Part shown: piece by piece, positions 16,985-26,813 of the stretch | Numbering within the stretch: position 1 is the stretch's first letter | Layout: each line of letters starts with the position of its first letter | NCBI GenBank assembly: GCA_964526275.1 | Contig: CAZGKS010000001.1 | Span: 800-34,726 of the forward strand | Source of the DNA: an uncultured Methylobacterium sp. | Lineage (GTDB): Bacteria > Pseudomonadota > Alphaproteobacteria > Rhizobiales > Beijerinckiaceae | Direction: 5' to 3' | DNA: 33,927 nt | The notes under the pieces: model-generated | The model's database searches: none | The model's input: the letters and a program-made list of their open reading frames with translations, nothing else | What the model was told of the DNA's origin: nothing | Made by a program: the position numbers and the translations under genes

Positions 16985-19853
16985 AACCTTCCCCCTGTCG
17001 CTTGATGGCCGCGCGGTCCGCGCGCATGCCAACGAAACCTTGTTCGAGATCGCCAAACGGGAAGGCACCTTGCTGCCGCATCTGTGCCATGCCGATGCCC
17101 CCGGCTACCGGGCAGATGGCAATTGCCGCGCCTGCCTTGTCGAGATCGAGGGCGAGCGCACTTTGGCCGCTTCGTGCATCCGCAAGGCTAGCCCCGGCAT
17201 GGTCGTGCGCACCACCAGCGACAAGGCGGTCAAAACCCGCGCGATGATGCTGGAAATGCTGGCGGCCAATATGCCCGCGCGCGACCACGCGCCAGATCCG
17301 CAGGCGCCTTTCTGGCACTGGCATGCGCAAACCGATGCGCAAAGCGGGCGGCTGCCCAAAACCGCGCATGGCCTGCCGGAGGCTCCCCATGGCCTGCCGG
17401 AAGCTCCCCATGGCCAGCTTAATCCAGGTGCGCCCAATCTGGTGACGCCCGCTGCGGCGGGGCTTGCGCTGCACGATTCCTCGCATATCGCCATGGTTGT
17501 TAATCTGGAGGCGTGCATCGCCTGCGGTTTATGCGTGCGCGCCTGCCGCGATGTGCAGGCCAATGATGTGATCGGCATGGCGTATCGCGGGGCGTATTCC
17601 CGCCCGGTTTTTGATCTGGCGGACCCGATGGGCGAGTCCACCTGCGTGGCTTGCGGGGAATGCGTCCAAATTTGCCCCACCGGCGCCTTGCTGGAACGCA
17701 CCAGCGCGGAGACACCAGCGCCCGCGCCTGCGGCCCCGGCTGTGGCGGAGACGCAAACCCCTTCGGTCTGCCCCTATTGCGGCGTTGGCTGCCTCACAAC
17801 CCTTGTGGTGCGCGATGATCACATTATCCGGGTAGATGGCCGCGATGGCCCGGCCAATGAAAACCGCTTATGCGTGAAAGGGCGGTTCGGGCAAGATTAC
17901 CCGCGCCATCCTTCGCGCCTCACCGTGCCGCTGATCCGCCGGAGCGATGCCCCCAAAGCCGGGGATGCGCCCGGTCGTCTCGACCATTTCCGGGAGGCAA
18001 GCTGGGCGGAAGCCATGGCCCATGCCGCGAAGGGCTTTGGCGCGATCAAAGCGGCGCATGGCCCGCGCGCACTGGCCGGGTTTGGCTCGGCCAAAGGCTC
18101 CAACGAGGAAGCGTATCTGTTTCAAAAGCTGGTGCGTACCGGCTTTGGCAGCAACAATGTCGATCATTGCACAAGGCTATGCCATGCCTCCTCGGTGGCA
18201 GCCTTGCTTGAAGGGGTGGGGTCTGGCGCGGTTTCCGCCCCCTTCACCGCCGTTGCCGATGCCGATGTGATCGTGGTGATCGGCGCCCGCCCGACCGAAA
18301 ACCACCCGGTTGCCGCCAGTTATTTCAAGCAGGCGGCCAAAGCGGGCAAAACCTTGATCGTGCTCGATCCGCGCGGTTCTGCCCTCATGCGTCATGCCGC
18401 GCAGGCGGTGCGCTTCAAACCGGGGGCGGATGTCGCCTTGCTCAATGCGATGCTGAACACGATTGTGAGCGAAAACCTGTATAATGCGGATTATATTGAA
18501 CAACATGTCGAAGGATTTGAAGAATTCGCGCGCCATATCGCCCCGTTTACGCCGCAAGCCATGGCGCCGCATTGCGGGGTAAGCGCAGAGCAAATCCGCA
18601 TCATCGCCCGCCTTTATGCCAAAGCAAACGCCGCGATGATCTTCTGGGGCATGGGCGTCTCGCAGCATGTCCATGGCACCGACAATGCCCGCTGCCTGAT
18701 CGCGCTGGCGCTCCTCACCGGGCAGATCGGCCGCCCCGGCACGGGGCTCCACCCGCTGCGCGGGCAGAACAACGTGCAAGGCGCTTCAGACGCCGGGTTG
18801 ATCCCGATGTTTTACCCCGATTACCAAAGCGTGGAGAATGCGCCTGTCCGCGCGCGGTTTGAGGCCGCCTGGGGCACCCCGCTCGATCCTGAGCGTGGGC
18901 TGACCGTGGTGGAAATTCTCAACGCCGCGCAGGCAGGCACCTTGCGCGGCCTGTTCGTAATGGGCGAAAACCCCGCCATGTCCGACCCCGACCAGATCCA
19001 CGCCCGGCAGGCTTTGGCCAAGCTGGAGCATCTGGTGGTGCAGGATATTTTCTTTACCGAAACCGCCTGGCATGCCGATGTGATCTTCCCCGCCTCCGCC
19101 CATGCGGAAAAGCTGGGCACCTACACCAATACCAACCGGCAGGTGCAGCTTGGTCGCCCCGCGCTCAAGCTGCCCGGTATGGCGCGGCGCGACCTTGATC
19201 TCTTGGTCAGCCTTGCCCATTCTTTGGGGCTTGGCTGGGATTATGGCCACACCTTGGATACCGATGGAATGGCGCAAAACACCTCGGTTGAAGCGGTGTA
19301 TGAGGAAATGCGCGCGCTGATGCCCTCGCTGGCCGGCTTGCCGTTCAAACGGATCGAAGCCGAAGACAGCGTGACCTATCCTGCCCCCGATGCGCATTCC
19401 CCAGGGCAGGCTATTCTGTTCACGCAGGGGTTTCCGCGCCCCGGCGGCAAGGCAAGGCTCGTCCCGGCCGGGCTGCTCCCGCCCGATGAAGTGCCCGATG
19501 CCGCCTTCCCGCTGGTGCTGACCACCGGGCGCTTGCTCGAACATTGGCATACCGGCTCCATGACCCGGCGCACGCAGGTGCTCGATGCCCTTGAACCAGA
19601 AGGTATTGCTGCCATGCATCCGGCGCAGATTGCCCGGATGGGCCTTGCCCCCGGCATGAAGATTACCGTGGAAACACGGCGCGGGGCCCTTACCGCGCGC
19701 CTGCGGGCCGATAGCGATGTAGCCGAAGGCATGGTCTTCGTCCCCTTCGCCTTTCAGGAGGCCGCCGCCAACCGCCTGACCAACCCGGCTTTGGATCCGT
19801 TTGGTAAAATTCCGGAATTCAAATTCGCCGCAGCACGGGTATGCGCCGCATGA
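16977..19853 (+). CDS. Formate dehydrogenase alpha subunit (W/Mo-bisPGD, Cys-ligated; Fdh1A type)
   Basis: N-terminal 2Fe-2S (LC...GNCRAC...ASC), two ferredoxin 4Fe-4S motifs, CPYCGVGC...LCVKG, active site DHCTRLCHASS, and LRGQNNVQG. RBS GGAGG before the ATG at 16977. Confidence 0.95.
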   Translation: MAETFPLSLDGRAVRAHANETLFEIAKREGTLLPHLCHADAPGYRADGNCRACLVEIEGERTLAASCIRKASPGMVVRTTSDKAVKTRAMMLEMLAANMPARDHAPDPQAPFWHWHAQTDAQSGRLPKTAHGLPEAPHGLPEAPHGQLNPGAPNLVTPAAAGLALHDSSHIAMVVNLEACIACGLCVRACRDVQANDVIGMAYRGAYSRPVFDLADPMGESTCVACGECVQICPTGALLERTSAETPAPAPAAPAVAETQTPSVCPYCGVGCLTTLVVRDDHIIRVDGRDGPANENRLCVKGRFGQDYPRHPSRLTVPLIRRSDAPKAGDAPGRLDHFREASWAEAMAHAAKGFGAIKAAHGPRALAGFGSAKGSNEEAYLFQKLVRTGFGSNNVDHCTRLCHASSVAALLEGVGSGAVSAPFTAVADADVIVVIGARPTENHPVAASYFKQAAKAGKTLIVLDPRGSALMRHAAQAVRFKPGADVALLNAMLNTIVSENLYNADYIEQHVEGFEEFARHIAPFTPQAMAPHCGVSAEQIRIIARLYAKANAAMIFWGMGVSQHVHGTDNARCLIALALLTGQIGRPGTGLHPLRGQNNVQGASDAGLIPMFYPDYQSVENAPVRARFEAAWGTPLDPERGLTVVEILNAAQAGTLRGLFVMGENPAMSDPDQIHARQALAKLEHLVVQDIFFTETAWHADVIFPASAHAEKLGTYTNTNRQVQLGRPALKLPGMARRDLDLLVSLAHSLGLGWDYGHTLDTDGMAQNTSVEAVYEEMRALMPSLAGLPFKRIEAEDSVTYPAPDAHSPGQAILFTQGFPRPGGKARLVPAGLLPPDEVPDAAFPLVLTTGRLLEHWHTGSMTRRTQVLDALEPEGIAAMHPAQIARMGLAPGMKITVETRRGALTARLRADSDVAEGMVFVPFAFQEAAANRLTNPALDPFGKIPEFKFAAARVCAA
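17367..17415 (+). repeat. In-frame 21-bp tandem repeat (x2.3) encoding HGLPEAP-HGLPEAP-HG
   Basis: CATGGCCTGCCGGAGGCTCCC / CATGGCCTGCCGGAAGCTCCC / CATGGCC. Confidence 0.9.
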
Positions 19854-20125
19854 GCCCAGACAAGCGCGCAAACAAGATAGCCAACGGGAAAACCACTGCG
19901 CTGCTCTCCTCTGCCGCCGCGACCAACCGGGGCGCCCCAAACACCCAAGGCCATGCCGCACGCACGAGCCCGTGCCTCAAACTATGCACATTGGAAACGC
20001 AAACCGGCTTTTGTTCAGGCTGTTACCGCAGCTTGGCGGAAATCCGCGATTGGCCGCTGATGAGCGATGCGGCGCGCGAAGCGGTGCTGGCACTGCTGCC
20101 GCAAAGGGCACAGGGTTTGGTGTAG
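19850..20125 (+). CDS. DUF1289-like small Cys-rich protein
   Basis: SPCLKLC...GFCSGCYRSLAEIRDW pattern; ATGA overlap with the FDH alpha stop. Confidence 0.8.
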   Translation: MSPDKRANKIANGKTTALLSSAAATNRGAPNTQGHAARTSPCLKLCTLETQTGFCSGCYRSLAEIRDWPLMSDAAREAVLALLPQRAQGLV

Positions 20126-20189
20126 CAAGCGCCTTCCCATGGAGATTTCCTATCGGGATTTCCTGTACAGAGGCTGCAAATTCGCCCTG

Positions 20190-20318
20190 TTATACCAACA
20201 GCCTTGGATGCTGACGCATAAGGCCATTGAAGAAAACGAAACTATCTTATTTTCATCAAGGGATAAGATAGTTTCGTGACGAATACTAAAGAGTCCTTTT
20301 CAAGGACCGTTGGTATTA
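20190..20318. mobile_element. MITE-like structured repeat element (129 bp including 3-bp flanking direct repeats)
   Basis: TTA-TACCAAC ... GTTGGTA-TTA termini; perfect 15-bp internal inverted repeat at 20236-20250 / 20263-20277; AT-rich; non-coding. Confidence 0.7.
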
Positions 20319-20762
20319 CACCCCGGTGGAGCCGAAGCCCCCGGCCCCGCGCTTGGTTGCGCCAACTTCGTCCACCTCGCATAAAGCCATGCGCGTCACC
20401 GGCGCGATAACGCATTGGGCGATGCGCATCCCGCGCTCGATCTCAAACGTCTGTGTGCCCAAATTGACCAGCAAGACCTGAATTTCCCCGCGATAATCGC
20501 TATCTATCGTGCCGGGGCTGTTGAGCACGCTGATCCCCGCTTTGAGCGCCAAGCCCGAACGCGGGCGGATCTGCGCCTCGAACCCTTCCGGCAAGGCAAA
20601 GACCAGCCCGGTCGGCACCAACAAACGCGCCCGCGGTGAGAGCATAATGGGTTCGGCAATCGCTGCGCAAAGATCAAACCCCGCAGCGCCCGCGCTTTGA
20701 TAGGCGGGTAATGGCAGCCCTTGCGCATGCGGCAAGCGTGAAATTTCCAGCATCGGCATCAT
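20316..20762 (-). CDS. dut: dUTP diphosphatase
   Basis: [30 protein letters not shown] and [10 protein letters not shown] motifs. Confidence 0.97.
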   Translation of the reverse strand: MMPMLEISRLPHAQGLPLPAYQSAGAAGFDLCAAIAEPIMLSPRARLLVPTGLVFALPEGFEAQIRPRSGLALKAGISVLNSPGTIDSDYRGEIQVLLVNLGTQTFEIERGMRIAQCVIAPVTRMALCEVDEVGATKRGAGGFGSTGV

Positions 20763-22135
20763 GGCTTGGTCTCTGGCAGGGCTGGCGCCCCCGCCCCGGT
20801 TGCGGGCGTGGTTGCGTCAACCGCAGGCCCTGCGCCCGCGTGCAACTGCGCCGCAAAATGGGCGATCAACGCGCGCGCCACCGTGAGTTTATCGCCCTCC
20901 GGCAGGGGGGTTTGCGTGTTTTTGTCTAAAATTGTCACGTGGTTGCGCTCGCCGCCCATCACATCGCCGGAAACATCGTTGGCGACCAGCATATCGCAGC
21001 CTTTTTTGGCCAGTTTAGCCCGCGCATGGGCCAGCACATGGTCGGTTTCTGCGGCAAAGCCCACCACCAAAGCCGGGCGCGCGCGCGGATGGCGTGAAAT
21101 ATGCGCCAGAATATCCGGGTTTTCGGTCAAAGAAAACGACGGCAAAGCGCCCCCGGTTTTCTTGATCTTGTGGGTTGCAGCTTCCAGCACGCGCCAATCG
21201 GCTACAGCGGCGGCAAAAATCGCTAGATCGGCGGGCAAGGCGGCTTCCACGGCGGCGGCCATTTGCAAGGCGGTTTCAACGCCAACCAAGGCCACCCCAG
21301 CAGGCGGCGTCAGCGTGACAGGCCCTGAAACCAGCGTCACGCGCGCCCCGGCTTCCCTGGCCGCTTGCGCCAGCGCATAACCCTGCTTGCCCGAAGACCG
21401 GTTGGCAATATAACGCACCGGATCCATGGGTTCGTGCGTGGGGCCGGCGGTGATCAGCACATGCTTGCCCGCCAGCAAGCCCGGCACGGCTTTTGCCGCA
21501 AAATGGGCGGCAATAGCGCTGGCAATGGCCTGCGGCTCGGCCATCCGGCCGGGCCCGAACTCACCGCACGCCATATCCCCGACAGCGGGCCCCACAAAGG
21601 CCACGCCATCGGCGGCAAGCTGTGCCACATTGCGCTGCGTGGCCGGGTGCAGCCACATCTGCACATTCATGGCCGGTGCCATCAAAATCGGCGTATGCGC
21701 CGCCAGAAGCGCGGTGGAGGCCAGATCATTGGCGAGCCCCTGCGCGGCCTTGGCCATCAGATCGGCGGTTGCGGGGGCCACCACCACCAGCTCCGCCGAG
21801 CGAGCCAGCGCGATATGCCCCATCTCGATTTCATCGGTGAGCGAAAACAGCGCTTCATGCACCTTGTTGCCGCTCACCGCCGCCAGCGTGAGCGGGGTGA
21901 CGAACTCCGCCCCCGCTTTGGTAAGGATAACCCGCACATGGCCCCCTGCCCGCACGATCTGGCGCACCAATTCAGGGGTTTTATAGGCCGCAATGCCGCC
22001 GCCCACGATCAACAACACGCGCCGCCCGGCCAAAGCCCCGCCCGGCAAGGCGGGCGCAGATAGGGCGGGTATTTCACCCCCCGGCATGGCACCGGGAAAA
22101 GCGGCACTTGAGGAAGCGGCGTGAGGATCAGACAT
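20759..22135 (-). CDS. coaBC: Bifunctional phosphopantothenoylcysteine decarboxylase / phosphopantothenate--cysteine ligase
   Basis: [47 protein letters not shown] and GFAAET motifs. Confidence 0.96.
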   Translation of the reverse strand: MSDPHAASSSAAFPGAMPGGEIPALSAPALPGGALAGRRVLLIVGGGIAAYKTPELVRQIVRAGGHVRVILTKAGAEFVTPLTLAAVSGNKVHEALFSLTDEIEMGHIALARSAELVVVAPATADLMAKAAQGLANDLASTALLAAHTPILMAPAMNVQMWLHPATQRNVAQLAADGVAFVGPAVGDMACGEFGPGRMAEPQAIASAIAAHFAAKAVPGLLAGKHVLITAGPTHEPMDPVRYIANRSSGKQGYALAQAAREAGARVTLVSGPVTLTPPAGVALVGVETALQMAAAVEAALPADLAIFAAAVADWRVLEAATHKIKKTGGALPSFSLTENPDILAHISRHPRARPALVVGFAAETDHVLAHARAKLAKKGCDMLVANDVSGDVMGGERNHVTILDKNTQTPLPEGDKLTVARALIAHFAAQLHAGAGPAVDATTPATGAGAPALPETKP

Positions 22136-22159
22136 GCGAAACCCTTCCTGTCAAAACGC

Positions 22160-23758
22160 TCATGCAAACACCTCGACCAATGTAAGCAGGATAACCCCCA
22201 GCAACCAGAGATTGAGCAAGGCCAGCAAACCGATCAGCCAGCGCCGTTGCCGCCTTGCCGCCTGCTCACGGCGCGCGTGGGTTTGTGCGGCCAAAGGCTG
22301 CTGCGCCAAAAGCTGCTGTGTATCTGCCACCAAGGCGGGCAAATGGGAAAGCGCGCGCAAGCCGCTGCGTATATCGCTCGCAAAGGTTTCAAGCTGCCCT
22401 GCGGGGCCCAGATGCCGCTCGATATAGGTGCGGATCACGGGGTCGCTCACCTGCCACATATTGAAACCGGGGTCGAGCAGGCGGGCAACGCCCTCCACCA
22501 CCACCATGGTTTTTTGCAGCAAAACCAGCTCGGGCCGTGTTTCCATATCGAACAGGGCGGTGATCTCGAACAATAGCCCCAGCAACGCGGCCATGGAGAC
22601 TTCGGCCGCGCTGCGGCCATGGATTTTCTCGCCCACGGCGCGCAAGGCCTGGGCGAAATTCTCCACCGAATGATGCGCAGGGACATAGCCGATCTCGAAA
22701 TGCGCGCGGGCAATGCGCGGGTAATCGCGCACAATAAACCCATAGAGAATTTCTGCCAGAAAGCGGCGCTCGCGCGGGTTAAGGCGGCTCATGATCCCCA
22801 GATCGATCGCTACCAGCCGACCATCGGGCAGCGCGAACAGATTACCCGGATGCATATCGGCGTGGAAAAAACCATCCCGCAAGGCATGCGTAAGAAAGCT
22901 TTGCATCACCACCCGCGCCAGATTTACGCGGTCTATGCCCGCCTGTTCCAGCCCTTCAAGGTCGTTGAGCTTGATTCCCTCTACCCAATCGAGGGTCAGG
23001 ACCGTGCGGGCGGTGCGGTGCCAATCAATCGCGGGCAGCGTGAAGTCTGGGTCTTTGGCGGTATATTCCGCCATTTCCGAATAGGCGGCGGCCTCAAAGC
23101 GCAAATCCATCTCCAGTTGCACGGTGCGCGCCAGCGTGCGCACCACCTCCACCGGCTTGAGCCGACGCGAGGCGGGCATAAACCGCTCGATCTGGCGGGC
23201 GATAAAGGCCTGCGCCGCCAGATCGCGCGTAAACAACGCCTCGATGCCCGGCCGCAGGATTTTTACGGCAACGTCGCGCGTTTCGGGCGTATCAAGGCCT
23301 CTATTCCCCTGTAAATCCGCCCCCCCGATGGGGAGAGCAATCTGCGCGCGATGCACCTGGGCAATGGAGGCGGCGGCAACCGGCTCTCCGAATTGGCGAA
23401 ACAGCGTGGAAATCGGCGCGTCAAACGCCGCTTCCACCGCCAAAACCGCCTGCGCACGCGACACTGCGGGCATACGGTCTTGCAGCGCCTGCAGATCACG
23501 CGCCAGCTTCACGCCGATCAGATCTGGCCGTGTGGCTAAAAACTGCCCGAGCTTGACATAAGACGGCCCCAAAGCGGTCAAGGCGCGCACCAGCCCCGCG
23601 CCATCGGTTCCGCCGCGTCCGGGCAATGCAAGAAACGCCAGCACCGGGCGCAAGGCCAGCGGGGCTTTATCCCGCGGGAGCAGCGCAAACACCCCGTGCC
23701 AGAACAGCACGAGCCCAACCCGCAGCATATGCACGCTATGGTAGATGGCGGCGATCAT
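22160..23758 (-). CDS. ubiB: Ubiquinone biosynthesis kinase-like protein UbiB
   Basis: LGPSYVKLGQFLATRPD, AAASIAQVH, VAVKILRP and FFHADMHPGN; follows ubiE. Confidence 0.95.
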   Translation of the reverse strand: MIAAIYHSVHMLRVGLVLFWHGVFALLPRDKAPLALRPVLAFLALPGRGGTDGAGLVRALTALGPSYVKLGQFLATRPDLIGVKLARDLQALQDRMPAVSRAQAVLAVEAAFDAPISTLFRQFGEPVAAASIAQVHRAQIALPIGGADLQGNRGLDTPETRDVAVKILRPGIEALFTRDLAAQAFIARQIERFMPASRRLKPVEVVRTLARTVQLEMDLRFEAAAYSEMAEYTAKDPDFTLPAIDWHRTARTVLTLDWVEGIKLNDLEGLEQAGIDRVNLARVVMQSFLTHALRDGFFHADMHPGNLFALPDGRLVAIDLGIMSRLNPRERRFLAEILYGFIVRDYPRIARAHFEIGYVPAHHSVENFAQALRAVGEKIHGRSAAEVSMAALLGLLFEITALFDMETRPELVLLQKTMVVVEGVARLLDPGFNMWQVSDPVIRTYIERHLGPAGQLETFASDIRSGLRALSHLPALVADTQQLLAQQPLAAQTHARREQAARRQRRWLIGLLALLNLWLLGVILLTLVEVFA

Positions 23759-24520
23759 TCACACTTTCCAACCAGAATGGATATTGGCAACCCCGAAGGT
23801 TAAGGCGCTAAACCCAACCCGCGTAAACCCTGCGGCCGCGATTTTCTCGCAAAACGCTTCCGGGCGCGGAAACTGGCGGATCGATTCCACCAAATACTGG
23901 TAGGAAGCGCGATCGCCTGCCACAAGCTCCCCCATGCGCGGAATAACGTTGAAGGAATAGGCATCGTATAACGGGCCGATGAACGGGGTATCGACCGGCG
24001 CAAATTCGAGACACAAAAAGCGGCCGCCGCGTTTGAGAACGCGATACGCCTGCGCCAAAGCAAGATCGAGCCGGGGCACATTGCGGATACCGAATGCGAT
24101 GGTGTAAGAATCATACGCGTTATCGGCAAGCTCGGCCAGGGTTTCGGCGTTATCTTCCAAAAAGCGGATATGGCCAAGCCCGCGTGCCTGCGCCCGCTCC
24201 TGCCCCACCGCCAGCATGGAGGCGTTTATATCCACCACATCGATGCTGGCGCCTTTTGCGCGTTCAGCGATACGGAAGGCGACATCGCCCGTGCCGCCCG
24301 CAACATCGAGATGCGCATAAGGGCCGGTGCGCGGCGGGTGCAGCTTATCGACCAAGGCGTTTTTCCACACCCGATGCAACCCCGCGCTCATGACATCGTT
24401 CATGCGGTCATAGCGCGCGGCAACGGCGTGAAACACAGCATCTACCCGCCCCTGCTTTTCGGCCAGGGGAACCTGATCAAACCCGAAATGGGTGGTTTGG
24501 GCCGAAGGTGTGGTCTGCAT
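23759..24520 (-). CDS. ubiE: Ubiquinone/menaquinone C-methyltransferase UbiE
   Basis: [33 protein letters not shown] and [12 protein letters not shown] motifs. Confidence 0.96.
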   Translation of the reverse strand: MQTTPSAQTTHFGFDQVPLAEKQGRVDAVFHAVAARYDRMNDVMSAGLHRVWKNALVDKLHPPRTGPYAHLDVAGGTGDVAFRIAERAKGASIDVVDINASMLAVGQERAQARGLGHIRFLEDNAETLAELADNAYDSYTIAFGIRNVPRLDLALAQAYRVLKRGGRFLCLEFAPVDTPFIGPLYDAYSFNVIPRMGELVAGDRASYQYLVESIRQFPRPEAFCEKIAAAGFTRVGFSALTFGVANIHSGWKV

Positions 24521-24633
24521 GCTGGTTTTTCCTAAAGCGTTTATTCTTTACATAAGGCGTTCAGCCATACCGCAGCCCACCGGCCGTGGAAAGAAAAAAC
24601 AGGCTCTGAAAACAGGCCCTGAAAACGCGCGGT

Positions 24634-25560
24634 TCACGCGCCCATGAGGCAGGTGACATGCTCCGCCACGCTGCTGCCGAGCGCCTGAAGGTCGTATCCG
24701 CCCTCCAGCAGCGAGACAACCCGCCCGTTGCAATGGCGCGCGGCGGCTTCCATCAGTTTTTCGGTTGCCCAGGCATAATCGGCCTCTTTGAGGCGTAAAT
24801 TCGCCAAGGGGTCACGCCAATGCGCATCAAACCCGGCCGAGATCAGCACAAGATCGGCACCATGCTGGTGCAGGGCGGATAAAACACGCGAGCGGAAAGC
24901 CTCGCGGAAGGTTTCACCGTCATCTCCGGCCCGTAACGGCGCGTTGACAATCGTGCCATGCGCGCCGGTCTCGGACAGCTCCCCGCTATAGGGATAGAGC
25001 GGCATTTCATGGGTAGAGGCAAACAACACCGATTTATCTCCCCAGAAAATATCCTGGGTGCCATTGCCGTGATGCACATCCCAATCAATGATCGCGATGC
25101 GTTCCGCCCCCAAAGTTTGCGCATGGCGCGCGGCAACCGCAACATTATTGAACAGGCAGAACCCCATCGGGGTTTCGCGCTCTGCGTGGTGGCCGGGCGG
25201 GCGGGCCGCCACAAACGCGTTTTGCACCAAGCCCTTCATCACCTGCTCCACCGCATGGCATGAGGCGCTCAGCGCCGCCCCGGCTGCCTCCAGCGAGTGG
25301 GGGGAGAGGGTCGTATCCGCATCAATCGCAACCAGCTCGAATTCTGGCAGATTGGCTTGCAGCGCGTCGATATAGGCTTGCGGATGCACCAACCGCGCCA
25401 GCGACACATCCCCGGTGCTCATTGTCTCGCGCTTGAGAGCGGCAAAGGCAGGGCCTGCCAGCGCCGCTTCCACCGCTTCAAGCCGTTCAGGGCATTCCGG
25501 ATGCCCTTTGGGCGTTTGGTGGCGCATAAACACAGGATCAGAAATAAAAAGGGTTGTCAC
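24634..25560 (-). CDS. Histone deacetylase-family (Zn-dependent) amidohydrolase
   Basis: HPECPERL, RPPGHHA, GFCLFNN, DWDVHHGNGTQ, SAGFDAH and LEGGY motifs. Confidence 0.93.
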   Translation of the reverse strand: MTTLFISDPVFMRHQTPKGHPECPERLEAVEAALAGPAFAALKRETMSTGDVSLARLVHPQAYIDALQANLPEFELVAIDADTTLSPHSLEAAGAALSASCHAVEQVMKGLVQNAFVAARPPGHHAERETPMGFCLFNNVAVAARHAQTLGAERIAIIDWDVHHGNGTQDIFWGDKSVLFASTHEMPLYPYSGELSETGAHGTIVNAPLRAGDDGETFREAFRSRVLSALHQHGADLVLISAGFDAHWRDPLANLRLKEADYAWATEKLMEAAARHCNGRVVSLLEGGYDLQALGSSVAEHVTCLMGA

Positions 25561-25622
25561 AAGGGGCTCCTTGTTTGGAAGAGAAAAGGGGCAAACAAAG
25601 TAAAATCGACCGACAAGAGGGC

Positions 25623-26813
25623 TCAGGCACCCGCTTGCAAGGCCGTAATAACGCCGCGCAATTCGGCCAATCCCTTGAGCCGCCCGATCGCCGAATAGCC
25701 CGGATTGGTGCGCTTGTTAAGGTCATCGAGCATGCGGTGGCCGTGATCTGGCCGGAAGGGGATGCCCGCATCTGTCCCCGCCCCGCGCCGCGTGTTTTCG
25801 GCCAGCAATACGCGCAGCACGCTTACCATATCGACATCGCCCGCCAGATGGTCCGCCTCATGGAAGCTAAGCGGGTTGGCTTCCCGCTTTGTGGCGCGCA
25901 GATGCACAAAATGGATGCGTGGCGCAAATTCACGCGCGATTTCCGGCAGATCATTGCGCGCATCAACCCCCAGCGAGCCTGTGCAAAAGCACATGCCATT
26001 CGCCTCCGAGGGGACCGCCGCAAACAACGCGCGGTAATCTTGCGCATGGGAGGCAATGCGCGGCAACCCGAATAGCGGGCGCGGCGGATCATCCGGGTGC
26101 AGGGTCAGGCGCACGCCCAGTTTTTCCGCCAGTGGCGTTACCGCTTGCAAGAACCCGATCAGATTGGCGCGCAGGGCAGCCGCATCGATCCCCCTATAGG
26201 CTTCCAGCTTGGCGCGAAAACCGGGCAAGGTCAGGCTTTGCGTGGTGGAGCCGGGCAAAGCCGCCGCGATGGTTTCAACCAGAGCCTGCCGCTCTTGCGC
26301 AGACATGGCCGCGAACGCGGCCTTGGCGCGGGCACGGGCGGGGGCGTCGTATTCGGCTTCCGCCCCCTCGCGTTCGAGCAAGAACAGGTCAAAAGCTGCG
26401 AATTTATCGGCATCGAACCGCAAGCAGGTCGCCCCGCTCGGGAGTTTGTAATCAAGATCCGTGCGGGTCCAATCGACCACCGGCATGAAATTATAACAAA
26501 CAAGGCGGATACCATTGGCCGCCACCGCCGCCAGGCTTTCGCACCACGCTTCCACGGCTTCCCGCGCGCTGGCGCCGTGTAGTTTGATCGCATCGGGTAC
26601 CGGGATGCTTTCCACCACGCGCCAGACCAGCGGGGTGCGCCCCTTTGGCGTATCCTCGATCAGCGCTTTGCGTTCCGCAACCGCTTGCCGCGTCCAAACC
26701 GCGCCGGGCGCAAAACCGTGCAGGGCGGTGACAATCTCGCTGGCACCGGCCTGACGGATATCCTCCAAGCTTACCGGATCCTCCGGGCCAAACCAGCGCC
26801 AGGCTTGTTTCAT
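25623..26813 (-). CDS. uxuA: Mannonate dehydratase
   Basis: WRWFG, VVESIPV, CYNFMPVVDWTRT, LHPDDPP, FRPDHGH and PGYSAIGRLKGLAELRG motifs. Confidence 0.96.
   Translation of the reverse strand: MKQAWRWFGPEDPVSLEDIRQAGASEIVTALHGFAPGAVWTRQAVAERKALIEDTPKGRTPLVWRVVESIPVPDAIKLHGASAREAVEAWCESLAAVAANGIRLVCYNFMPVVDWTRTDLDYKLPSGATCLRFDADKFAAFDLFLLEREGAEAEYDAPARARAKAAFAAMSAQERQALVETIAAALPGSTTQSLTLPGFRAKLEAYRGIDAAALRANLIGFLQAVTPLAEKLGVRLTLHPDDPPRPLFGLPRIASHAQDYRALFAAVPSEANGMCFCTGSLGVDARNDLPEIAREFAPRIHFVHLRATKREANPLSFHEADHLAGDVDMVSVLRVLLAENTRRGAGTDAGIPFRPDHGHRMLDDLNKRTNPGYSAIGRLKGLAELRGVITALQAGA

Noticed and set aside
16977-19853. Selenocysteine-containing FDH
   Set aside because: The active-site codon is TGC (Cys) and the ORF has no in-frame TGA.
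1805-19961. Long antisense ORFs (e.g. 1805-2971, 7282-8337, 11167-12318, 13168-14586, 15215-16492, 18786-19961)
   Set aside because: Shadow frames opposite well-supported genes, expected from GC-rich codon bias; no recognisable motifs.
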